Below, piece by piece: positions 7,236 to 14,258 of a DNA stretch of 14,258 bases (position 1 is its first letter; each line of letters begins with the position of its first letter). The notes beneath the pieces are model-generated. The model was not told the DNA's origin and searched no databases. It saw only the letters and a list, made by a program, of their open reading frames with translations. The stretch comes from Arcobacter sp. Its GTDB lineage: Bacteria; Campylobacterota; Campylobacteria; Campylobacterales; Arcobacteraceae. Position numbers and translations under genes: made by a program. The stretch spans positions 1 to 14,258 of the forward strand of contig CBFIGT010000058.1 in assembly GCA_965662175.1 (NCBI GenBank). The letters are read 5' to 3'.

Positions 7236-8618
7236 TTGAGTAAAACGCTATTAGCGATAGATATTGGATCTACCGACGTTACAGCAATAATAGCCAAAAA
7301 TGATTTAGACTATAAAATAAATATTTTAGGTACTGGTGTTGAAGTAAGTGATGGAATAAATAAAGGTCTTATTACAAATATTGAACTAGCGTCAAAATCT
7401 ATTCAAAATGCGGTATTAAAAGCCAAAAGAAGCACTTCAGAACCAATAGAATCAACAGTTGTTGCAATCTCAGGTGCTTACACAAAAGGTGTAAGAAGTA
7501 TGGGAAGTGTAAATGTTCCAAATGGAATAATTACAGAGCATGAAATAAATCAAGTTATGCAAATGGCACTATACAATGCAACAATAGTGCCTGAGTATGA
7601 AGTAGTTCATGTAATACCAATATTTTTTAAAGTTGATGATTCATCAGATGTTGAAAATCCTTTAAATATGAATGGTGCTAGATTAGAGGTTTCAGTTTAT
7701 ATAGTAACAGCTAAAAAAACAGCACTTACAAATCTAAAATCAGCATTTAAAGAGTCAAATATTGAGATTACAAACTTTGCTTTAAACTCTTATGCAACAG
7801 CAATTTCTGTTTTAGATGAACAACAAAATAAATTTGGAAGTTTAGTTGTAAATATTGGTGGAACTACAACTGAGTTTGCATGTTATAAGGGTGGAGCTTT
7901 ATTATATACTGACTTTTTGGCTGTTGGTTCTAATCATATTACAAATGATTTATCAGTTATGTTACACACTCCACATAATGCAGCTGAACTTATTAAAATA
8001 AAATATGGAAGCTTAATAGCTAAAGAAGAAGATAATCAATTAGCTATCAAGAAAATAAAAATCCCTAGAATTGGTGATGAACAAGTTACAAATGAAATCT
8101 CACTTGTTGATGTTAGAAATATAATTCATGCAAGAGTTGAAGAGATTTTAGTTCTAATTAAGCAAAAACTTCAAAGAAGTGGTATTGCTGATAGTTTGGA
8201 TGCTGGAATTGTCATAACAGGTGGAATGAGTCAATTATTAGGTTTAAAAGAGTTAGCAACTTTAGTTTTTGAAAACATACCTGTAAAAATAGCAAATCCA
8301 AAAAATATAAAAAATGGATATATGAATTTTGATGACCCAACTATGTCAACAATAGTTGGACTTCTATTTTACTCTTTAGATAAAAATAGAAATTTTGAAC
8401 TTGATTCAAATAAAAAATTAAGAAGAAAAGTAATTGAGCAAAAAACTGTTCAAAAAGAGATTATAAAAGAGATACCAAAAGAGAAAGAAAACTCTACAAA
8501 ACAAAATATTGATATAAAACTAAAAACAGATGACCCAACTAAGCTACCTAGAATATCTGAAAAAGATAAAGGAAAAGGTATGTCTAGATTTTGGAATAAA
8601 GTATCGGAGTGGTTTTAA
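7236..8618 (+). CDS. ftsA: Cell division protein FtsA
   Basis: AIDIGS, GINKGLITNIE, NPLNMNGARLE, NIGGTTT, VGSNHITNDL, IIHARVEEIL, GIVITGG, and C-terminal amphipathic helix MSRFWNKVSEWF. TTG start with SD AAGGAG. Confidence 0.96.
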   Translation: MSKTLLAIDIGSTDVTAIIAKNDLDYKINILGTGVEVSDGINKGLITNIELASKSIQNAVLKAKRSTSEPIESTVVAISGAYTKGVRSMGSVNVPNGIITEHEINQVMQMALYNATIVPEYEVVHVIPIFFKVDDSSDVENPLNMNGARLEVSVYIVTAKKTALTNLKSAFKESNIEITNFALNSYATAISVLDEQQNKFGSLVVNIGGTTTEFACYKGGALLYTDFLAVGSNHITNDLSVMLHTPHNAAELIKIKYGSLIAKEEDNQLAIKKIKIPRIGDEQVTNEISLVDVRNIIHARVEEILVLIKQKLQRSGIADSLDAGIVITGGMSQLLGLKELATLVFENIPVKIANPKNIKNGYMNFDDPTMSTIVGLLFYSLDKNRNFELDSNKKLRRKVIEQKTVQKEIIKEIPKEKENSTKQNIDIKLKTDDPTKLPRISEKDKGKGMSRFWNKVSEWF

Positions 8619-9748
8619 TGGATAATGGACTATTTAAAGTGGATGATATAACAGTAGAAATGCCTAATAAAACTTTGTCAGATAATGTTGCTAAAATTAC
8701 CGTAGTTGGAGTTGGTGGCGGTGGATGTAATATGGTTAACCATATGATTCAAGAGGGAAGCCGAAGAATTGATTTAATCGCAGCTAATACCGACTTACAA
8801 GTTCTAAATATCTCAAGAGCTCCTAAAAAAATACAATTAGGTGTAAAGCTTACAAAAGGGCTTGGTGCAGGAATGAAACCAGAGATTGGTAGAGATTCTG
8901 CAATTGAGAGTTATGATGAGATTAAAAATACTCTAAATGGAGCTGATATAGTATTTATTGCAGCAGGTCTTGGAGGTGGTACAGGTACGGGTGCTGCTTC
9001 TATTATTGCAAAAGCTGCTAAAGAGATTGGTGCTTTAACAGTTGCTGTTGTAACAAAACCATTTACTTGGGAAGGTAAAAAAAGAGCTGGATTAGCTAAT
9101 CTTGGACTTGAAGAGATTAAAAAAATATCTGACTCAATAATAGTAGTTCCAAATGATAGATTATTAGATATTGTAGATAAAGATATAGGTATGAAAGATG
9201 CCTTTAAAATAATTGATAATATTTTATATCAAGCTGTAAATGGTATGAGTGAGGTTATTTTAAATCCTGGAAATAGTGATATTAATACTGACTTTGCCGA
9301 TGTAAAAACTATTATGCAACACAAAGGTATGGCACTTATGGGAATAGGGCGAGCTAAAGGTGATGATGCAGCTATAAAAGCACTTGATGCAGCTACAAAC
9401 TCTCCATTACTTGATAAAATGTCTTTAAGTGGTGCAAAAGGTATTTTAATACACTTTAATATTCATCCTCAAGTATCTATTTTTGCTATTAATAATGTTA
9501 TGGAAAAAATTCATGATACTATTGATTCAAATGCTGAGATTATTTTTGGTACAACATCAGATGATAGTTTACAAAAAGATGAAGTTAAGATTACAATAGT
9601 TGCAACAGGATTTGAAAACTCAAATAATACAAGTATGGATGATGAGCAAAAAGATGAGCCAAAAAATAGTAAGATTTCTAAAAATGATGAAAACTATTTA
9701 GATATACCACCTTTGATGAGAGATTACGTAGTACAGTATCACTTATAA
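8618..9748 (+). CDS. ftsZ: Cell division protein FtsZ
   Basis: GVGGGGCN, NTDLQ, GLGAG, tubulin signature GLGGGTGTG, VTKPF, NTDFADV, C-terminal LDIPPLMR. Start placed at ATG 8618 (TAATG overlap with ftsA, SD GGAG at 8606-8609). Confidence 0.98.
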   Translation: MDNGLFKVDDITVEMPNKTLSDNVAKITVVGVGGGGCNMVNHMIQEGSRRIDLIAANTDLQVLNISRAPKKIQLGVKLTKGLGAGMKPEIGRDSAIESYDEIKNTLNGADIVFIAAGLGGGTGTGAASIIAKAAKEIGALTVAVVTKPFTWEGKKRAGLANLGLEEIKKISDSIIVVPNDRLLDIVDKDIGMKDAFKIIDNILYQAVNGMSEVILNPGNSDINTDFADVKTIMQHKGMALMGIGRAKGDDAAIKALDAATNSPLLDKMSLSGAKGILIHFNIHPQVSIFAINNVMEKIHDTIDSNAEIIFGTTSDDSLQKDEVKITIVATGFENSNNTSMDDEQKDEPKNSKISKNDENYLDIPPLMRDYVVQYHL

Positions 9749-9772
9749 AAAGAGTAGAGATAATCTACTCTT
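9747..9772 (-). terminator. Intrinsic terminator hairpin between convergent ftsZ and hspR (possibly bidirectional)
   Basis: AAGAGTAGA (9750-9758), loop GATAA, TCTACTCTT (9764-9772): a perfect 9-bp stem. The T-run follows on the minus strand. The stem includes the hspR TAG. Confidence 0.65.
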
Positions 9773-10145
9773 CAAAAATCACCACATCATAAGAGCTTTT
9801 TTTGATAACTAAAGCTTTTGATGATGGTACAACTCCAAATCTATCCACATCTCTTAGTTTTACTTTATATTTTTCCACATCTTTTTCTAGTACTTTTATT
9901 TTTTTATTTAAACGTAAAATTAAATCAACTCCCGCTAAATTTATTCCAAGTTCTCTAGTTAGTGTTAAAACATATTTAATATGGTCAATATCTTTTTGAG
10001 AATAAAGACGAATTTTTCCATTTGTTCGAGAAGGTTTTATTAAACCTTCTCTCTCATATTGCCTTAATGTTTGAGGGTGAATCTCTAAAATTTGAGCAAC
10101 TGCTGATATTAAATAAACAGGTTCAGTATAAGATTTTGTATCCAT
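9765..10145 (-). CDS. hspR: Heat-shock transcriptional repressor HspR (MerR family)
   Basis: YTEPVYLISAVAQILEIHPQTLRQYEREGLIKPSRTNGKIRLYSQKDID...LTRELGINLAGVDLIL; directly downstream of cbpA. Confidence 0.95.
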   Translation of the reverse strand: MDTKSYTEPVYLISAVAQILEIHPQTLRQYEREGLIKPSRTNGKIRLYSQKDIDHIKYVLTLTRELGINLAGVDLILRLNKKIKVLEKDVEKYKVKLRDVDRFGVVPSSKALVIKKSSYDVVIFEE

Positions 10146-10156
10146 GCAAGCCTCTT

Positions 10157-11023
10157 TTAAATATTTTCTGGTAATTTCTCTTTCAATAAAGAAACCAACT
10201 CTTCATCTAACTCTTCAATCTTAGGTAAAACTATATTTGCTTTTAGATATAAATCACCTTTAGTTCCAAATTTACGATTTAAAATTCCTAATTCTTTAAC
10301 TCTGAACTTTTGATTTTGTTTTGTATTTTCAGGAACTTTTAGTGTAATTGTTTTATGAATTGTTTTAATTTCAATCTTACCACCAAAAAGTGCTGTTTTT
10401 AAAGGTATATCAAAATGCTTTGTTAAAGTATCTCCCTCAAGAGTATATTCAGGACTTGAAGCTACATTTATTTTGATAATTAAGTCTCCCCTTTGTCCTT
10501 TGTATGATTTACCTTTTCCTTTTGCACGAATTTTTTGTCCATCTCTTATACCCTCAGGTATTTTGATATCAAATGAGTCATTGTTAAAAGATATGTGTTG
10601 CTTACCTCCAATAACTGATACATCAAAGGCAATTGTAATTTGTGCGTTCATATCTAAATCTGGCTCTTCAAATCCACCAAATCCATGACCACCAAATCCA
10701 CCACCAAATCCAGAAGCTCCACCGCCTCTAAACATTTGTCTTAAGATTTCATCTAAATCAACATTTCCACCTTGACCACGTGCAAAATCATGGAAGTTTT
10801 GACCACCAAACATTTGATCTCCATACTGATCATATTGCTGTTTTTTCTCTTTATCAGATAAAACTTCATAAGCTGCATTTATCTCTTTAAACTTCTCTTC
10901 TGCATCTTTATCCTTATTTACGTCAGGATGATATTTTCTTGCTAATTTTCTGTATGCTTTTTTGATTTCGTCACTTGAGGCATTCTCGCTCACCTCTAGT
11001 GTTTCATATAAACTTTTTGCCAT
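10157..11023 (-). CDS. cbpA: DnaJ-class II co-chaperone CbpA (curved DNA-binding protein A)
   Basis: J domain with HPD motif, G/F-rich linker, DnaJ C-terminal domains, no CxxCxGxG zinc finger; in an operon with hspR. SD GGAG at 11032-11029. Confidence 0.92.
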   Translation of the reverse strand: MAKSLYETLEVSENASSDEIKKAYRKLARKYHPDVNKDKDAEEKFKEINAAYEVLSDKEKKQQYDQYGDQMFGGQNFHDFARGQGGNVDLDEILRQMFRGGGASGFGGGFGGHGFGGFEEPDLDMNAQITIAFDVSVIGGKQHISFNNDSFDIKIPEGIRDGQKIRAKGKGKSYKGQRGDLIIKINVASSPEYTLEGDTLTKHFDIPLKTALFGGKIEIKTIHKTITLKVPENTKQNQKFRVKELGILNRKFGTKGDLYLKANIVLPKIEELDEELVSLLKEKLPENI

Positions 11024-11055
11024 ATAAACTCCAATAAATTATAATATTTAATAAA

Positions 11056-11084
11056 ATTATATCACAAACTTGAGTCATAGTCAA
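11056..11084 (-). promoter_or_regulatory. Sigma70 promoter of cbpA-hspR
   Basis: Minus strand TTGACT (11084-11079), 17 nt, TATAAT (11061-11056), with an extended-10 TG. Confidence 0.8.
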
Positions 11085-11089
11085 TCAAG
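11069..11089. promoter_or_regulatory. HAIR (HspR-associated inverted repeat) operator
   Basis: CTTGAGT-CATAGTC-AATCAAG versus consensus CTTGAGT-N7-ACTCAAG (1 mismatch); overlaps the cbpA -35 box. Confidence 0.88.
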
Positions 11090-11122
11090 GTTTTTATATT
11101 TTTTGGCAAAAAATCAAATTAA

Positions 11123-11151
11123 TTGCTAAGAAAGTATATATATAATAGAAT
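11123..11151 (+). promoter_or_regulatory. Sigma70 promoter for the rhodanese-like/oxidoreductase operon, probably leaderless
   Basis: TTGCTA (11123-11128), 17 nt, TAGAAT (11146-11151), 7 nt, ATG (11159); no SD. Confidence 0.6.
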
Positions 11152-11158
11152 TGCAAGC

Positions 11159-11494
11159 ATGAGAAATGAACTATTTTTAAAAGATGAATGGACTCAAGAA
11201 GAGTTCCTAAATAATCAAGAACTATTAAAAAAAGATGGTATTGAAACCATATTAGTTGATACAATTTTAAAGCCAATTGATGGTATTAAAACTGTTGTAT
11301 ATAACCCTTTTGATTTGTTAAATTATCCAAAAGATAAGACTGTTTTTGTTTTTTATTGTGATACGGGAAAGAGTACAAAAGAGAGATTAGAGTTTTATAA
11401 ATCAAAGCTTCCAGGTTTTAAATGTGTAAGTTTAAGAGGTGGAAGAGGGTATTGGAGACCTAATTTTAGATTATTAAAAAAGAGTGATGATTGA
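11159..11494 (+). CDS. Single-domain rhodanese-like (sulfurtransferase) protein
   Basis: ILVD, active-site-like loop VFYCDTGKST and C-terminal SLRGGRGYW match the rhodanese pattern (xxYCxxGxRS ... LxGGxxxW). Start at ATG 11159 preferred over TTG 11123. Confidence 0.68.
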   Translation: MRNELFLKDEWTQEEFLNNQELLKKDGIETILVDTILKPIDGIKTVVYNPFDLLNYPKDKTVFVFYCDTGKSTKERLEFYKSKLPGFKCVSLRGGRGYWRPNFRLLKKSDD

Positions 11495-12648
11495 TGAAAA
11501 ATTATGATTATGTAGTTGTTGGTTCTGGGATTGCTGGTTCATGTGTTGCACATTTTTTAAAAGATGAAAAAGTACTTTTAATAGATAGATTTGATGATGT
11601 TGCCCAGTTTGCTTCAGGTGCAGCTGGTGCATTTTTATCTCCACTTTTAGGAAAACCAAATAAATTTAAAGAGTTAGTTAGTACCTCTTTAAAGTTTGCT
11701 ATTGATTTTTATAAAAATATTGATAAAGATTTAATAGTACAAAAAGGTGTTTTAAGAGTGCCAAAAGATGATGACGATATGAAAAAATTTGATGTATATA
11801 AAGAGCATTTAGATTTTGAGTGTGATATAAGAGAAGATGGTTTTTTCTTTGAAATTGGTGCTCAAGTTTTTTCTTATGAAATGTGTAAAAAAATCACTGA
11901 AGAAATTGAAACAAAATTTAATTATGATGTAGAACATATTAAATATATAGATGGCTTTTGGATATTAAATGATGAAATAAAAACAAAAAATCTAATTCTA
12001 ACTACAGGTTCTGATATCTCACTAATAGAGGAAGATTACTTTAATATTAGAGCTGTTTGGGGACAAAGAATAGATATAAGCACAACATCTTGTATAGGCT
12101 TTAACTACCATAAAGAGTGTTCAATATCAACTTCATATAATAAACTATCAAATAATTTATATAAAGCTTCAATAGGCGCTACTCACCATAGGTTTGATAG
12201 CTCATTAGAGCATAATTCAAATCTCTATAAAAATCCAAATAAAGAGAATATTGAAGCTATTGGTTATACACAGGAGTTATACAAAAGTGATACTTCTGAG
12301 CTTTTGGAAAAGGCTAATGATATAAGAGAGTTAAAAGATGTAAAAATATTAAAAACCTATTTTGCTCCAAGAGCTAGTAGTGTTGATTACTTTCCTTTGG
12401 TTGGACCTTTGATTAACTCTAAAGAGACTTTAAATATGTTTCCATACTTAAAAAATGGTACCAATGTAAAAAGTGATAGATTTATTAAATATGATAATTT
12501 ATTTGTTTTAAATGGTGTTGGAGGTCGTGGCTTTGTTTTATCCCCTTATTTAGCAAAAAAGTTAGTTGATTTTATTAAAGAAAATAGAGAACTTCCTGAT
12601 GAAATAAAAGTTGATAGAGTTTTTAAAAAATGGGTAAGAAGAATATAA
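11494..12648 (+). CDS. FAD-dependent oxidoreductase, DAO family, resembling a stand-alone MnmC1 (MnmC oxidoreductase domain)
   Basis: VVVGSGIAG (FAD binding), ASGAAGAFLSP, VWGQ, IGATH, RASSVDYFPLVGP, LNGVGGRGFVLSPYLA, VDR parallel the MnmC C-terminal domain motifs. No methyltransferase domain. TGATG overlap with the upstream gene. Confidence 0.78.
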   Translation: MKNYDYVVVGSGIAGSCVAHFLKDEKVLLIDRFDDVAQFASGAAGAFLSPLLGKPNKFKELVSTSLKFAIDFYKNIDKDLIVQKGVLRVPKDDDDMKKFDVYKEHLDFECDIREDGFFFEIGAQVFSYEMCKKITEEIETKFNYDVEHIKYIDGFWILNDEIKTKNLILTTGSDISLIEEDYFNIRAVWGQRIDISTTSCIGFNYHKECSISTSYNKLSNNLYKASIGATHHRFDSSLEHNSNLYKNPNKENIEAIGYTQELYKSDTSELLEKANDIRELKDVKILKTYFAPRASSVDYFPLVGPLINSKETLNMFPYLKNGTNVKSDRFIKYDNLFVLNGVGGRGFVLSPYLAKKLVDFIKENRELPDEIKVDRVFKKWVRRI

Positions 12649-12716
12649 TAAATAAATAGTTAATTTTTTATTTATAATAAAAAGTTAGAATTTTCTTATC
12701 AATTTGAGGAGTTGTC

Positions 12717-13307
12717 TTGTTAAAAAATGTATTAAAAATAGTTTTTTTAGGAGTTGTAGGTTTTGGTTTATTAGTCTATTTAACAGCTGAAAAACCAAGT
12801 GCTAATGTTTTAGATAAAAATCAAGTTTCACAATTAGATTTAAAAAACTTACCTGATTATTTAGAAATAGTTGGTCAAGATAAATTGGTTTCAAAAAACA
12901 AGTTATTTAAAGAAGGGGCAAAAACTTTATTAATTGTTGGAAATCATGATTCATTATCTGTAGTCAAAGATTTAAGAAAATATTATGAAATCAATATTCC
13001 ATATGTAACAGTTGCAAATATTTCAAATGCACCATGGTTTATAAAAAAGTGGGCAATACCTGGAAAATTAGAGGAACTAAATAGGGGAAATGCTACTCCT
13101 ATTATATATGATTATGAGGGTGATGTTGTAAAAGCTTTAAATCAGTTTGATATCACTAAAACAAAATATTTTGCTTATTTGGTAAGTGAAGAGGGAAAAA
13201 TCTCTAAAATATATGAGGGAAGTGTAAAAGAGGATGCTATGGAGGGTTCTATGAGTGAATCTGAAAAGGTTGAGTCATTGTCGAAATTAGTCACTTTAAT
13301 TAATTAG
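12717..13307 (+). CDS. Hypothetical membrane-anchored or exported protein, possible Cys-less thioredoxin-like fold
   Basis: TTG start with SD GAGGAG (12706-12711); N-terminal hydrophobic segment; VANISNAPWFIKKWAIP and IIYDYEGDV motifs; no cysteine. Candidate -10 TAGAAT at 12686-12691. Confidence 0.75.
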   Translation: MLKNVLKIVFLGVVGFGLLVYLTAEKPSANVLDKNQVSQLDLKNLPDYLEIVGQDKLVSKNKLFKEGAKTLLIVGNHDSLSVVKDLRKYYEINIPYVTVANISNAPWFIKKWAIPGKLEELNRGNATPIIYDYEGDVVKALNQFDITKTKYFAYLVSEEGKISKIYEGSVKEDAMEGSMSESEKVESLSKLVTLIN

Positions 13308-13412
13308 GACAAATTTTATCTTAAATTAAAAATTAATTTCAACACATTATTTTTTTTTAAACAATATGCTGTATTATTCTCTAACTATAATATATTTTTA
13401 AAAGGAAATAAA

Positions 13413-13988
13413 ATGACACATGAATTAATGAAATTACCATATGAACTAGATGCTTTAGAGCCACAAATGTCTAAGGAGACTTTAGAGTTCCATTATGGAA
13501 AACATCACCAAACTTATGTTACTAAATTAAATGGATTAATTGGTGGAACAAAATATGAAAATCTATCTTTAGAAGAGATTGTAAAAGATTCTGAAGGTGG
13601 TGTTTTCAATAATGCTGCTCAAGTTATGAATCATGACTTTTTCTGGAATGGATTAACTCCAGGTGGTTCTGAAATCTCTTCTGAGGTTGAAGCTGCTTTA
13701 ACAGAAGCATTTGGTTCTCTTGCACAGTTTAAAGAAGCATTCTCAAACGCTGCAATTAACAACTTTGGTTCAGGATGGACTTGGTTAGTTAAAAATGCTG
13801 AGGGTAAATTAGAAATCGTTTCTACTTCAAATGCAGGTACTCCTATAACTTCAGGATTAACACCTGTTCTTACATGTGATGTATGGGAACATGCATACTA
13901 TATTGATACTAGAAATGCTAGACCTGCATATTTAGAGAATTTCTGGCAATTAGTTAATTGGGATTTTGTAGCTTCAAATCTTAAATAA
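13413..13988 (+). CDS. sodB: Iron superoxide dismutase
   Basis: [19 protein letters not shown] (AAQ typical of the Fe-type), [26 protein letters not shown] at 13402-13406; candidate -10 TATAAT at 13386-13391. Confidence 0.96.
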   Translation: MTHELMKLPYELDALEPQMSKETLEFHYGKHHQTYVTKLNGLIGGTKYENLSLEEIVKDSEGGVFNNAAQVMNHDFFWNGLTPGGSEISSEVEAALTEAFGSLAQFKEAFSNAAINNFGSGWTWLVKNAEGKLEIVSTSNAGTPITSGLTPVLTCDVWEHAYYIDTRNARPAYLENFWQLVNWDFVASNLK

Positions 13989-14011
13989 TTATAAATAAAG
14001 ATTAAACTTTT

Positions 14012-14041
14012 AAAGGGTCATATAATATATGGCCCTTTTTT
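14012..14041 (+). terminator. Rho-independent terminator of sodB
   Basis: GGGTCATAT, loop AAT, ATATGGCCC stem (14015-14035, one G-U pair) followed by T6. Confidence 0.88.
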
Positions 14042-14072
14042 ATTATCTAAAAAAAATTACATAGGTTAAAAA

Positions 14073-14258
14073 ATGAATAATATTACAAAACAAGACTCAA
14101 TTAGAGGTGCTTTTTTTTCATCAATTGTTGCTGATGCTTTATGTTTAGGAAGTCATTATGAATATGATGCAAAAAAAATATATAAAGCTTATGGTGAAAA
14201 ACCGATAGAAAAATTTATGAGTCCAGGTGAAATGATGGGTGGAATGACTCATGGAATA
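14073..14258 (+). CDS. ADP-ribosylglycohydrolase family protein (DraG/ARH/crystallin-J1-like), 5' part; runs off the window end
   Basis: Not in the ORF track. Manual translation MNNITKQDSIRGAFFSSIVADALCLGSHYEYDAKKIYKAYGEKPIEKFMSPGEMMGGMTHGI matches the family N-terminal pattern D-x-I-R-G-A-x4-V-(G/A)-D-A-L. Confidence 0.7.
   Translation, partial: MNNITKQDSIRGAFFSSIVADALCLGSHYEYDAKKIYKAYGEKPIEKFMSPGEMMGGMTHGI

Noticed and set aside
8609..8617. ORF-track GTG start for ftsZ (also TTG starts at 2711, 11123 and 11491)
   Set aside because: Downstream ATGs (8618, 2714, 11159, 11494) fit SD spacing, promoter geometry or stop/start overlaps better.
10671..10728. Short repeated units (ccaccaaatcc) inside cbpA
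   Set aside because: They encode the normal G/F-rich linker (GFGG repeats) of a DnaJ protein; not a CRISPR or independent repeat.
9802..11659. ORFs 9802..9999 (+), 10473..10688 (+), 11094..11276 (-) and 11474..11659 (-)
   Set aside because: Antisense to hspR, cbpA, the rhodanese-like gene and the oxidoreductase; no independent support.
12644..12680. AT-only imperfect inverted repeat after the oxidoreductase gene as a terminator
   Set aside because: No GC pairs; too unstable and expected by chance.
13350..13358. T9 tract upstream of sodB (and A8/T8 runs elsewhere) as phase-variation sites
   Set aside because: A/T runs of this length are expected at this AT content; no poly-G/C tracts; coding frames across such runs are intact.
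1..14258. Mobile element, prophage, defence island, CRISPR array or structural RNA gene
   Set aside because: No transposase or integrase, no direct-repeat array, no evident compositional shift; intergenic gaps are short (about 135 bp at most) and explained by promoters or terminators.

Overview
Very AT-rich bacterial chromosome segment whose gene content and order (ppiD-like-ftsA-ftsZ, cbpA-hspR, orphan FlhB C-terminal protein, extended -10 promoters) point to Campylobacterota, probably Arcobacteraceae (inference, not a database result). It is mostly core genome. Minus strand: 5' part of mrdA (PBP2), a small integral membrane protein coupled to it (candidate cryptic MreD), an orphan FlhB C-terminal-domain gene, and a FliK-like gene split by one in-frame TAA. 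Plus strand: arsC, a hypothetical gene and recD2, then ppiD-like-ftsA-ftsZ. Convergent with these is cbpA-hspR, with a near-perfect HAIR operator over its promoter. Then, on plus: a rhodanese-like protein coupled to a stand-alone MnmC1-like FAD oxidoreductase, a membrane-anchored hypothetical protein, Fe-SOD (sodB) with a terminator, and the start of an ADP-ribosylglycohydrolase-family gene. I saw no RNA genes, CRISPR arrays or mobile elements. Best leads: the candidate hidden MreD, the rhodanese + MnmC1 module, the nonsense-interrupted FliK-like gene, and two apparently leaderless transcripts.
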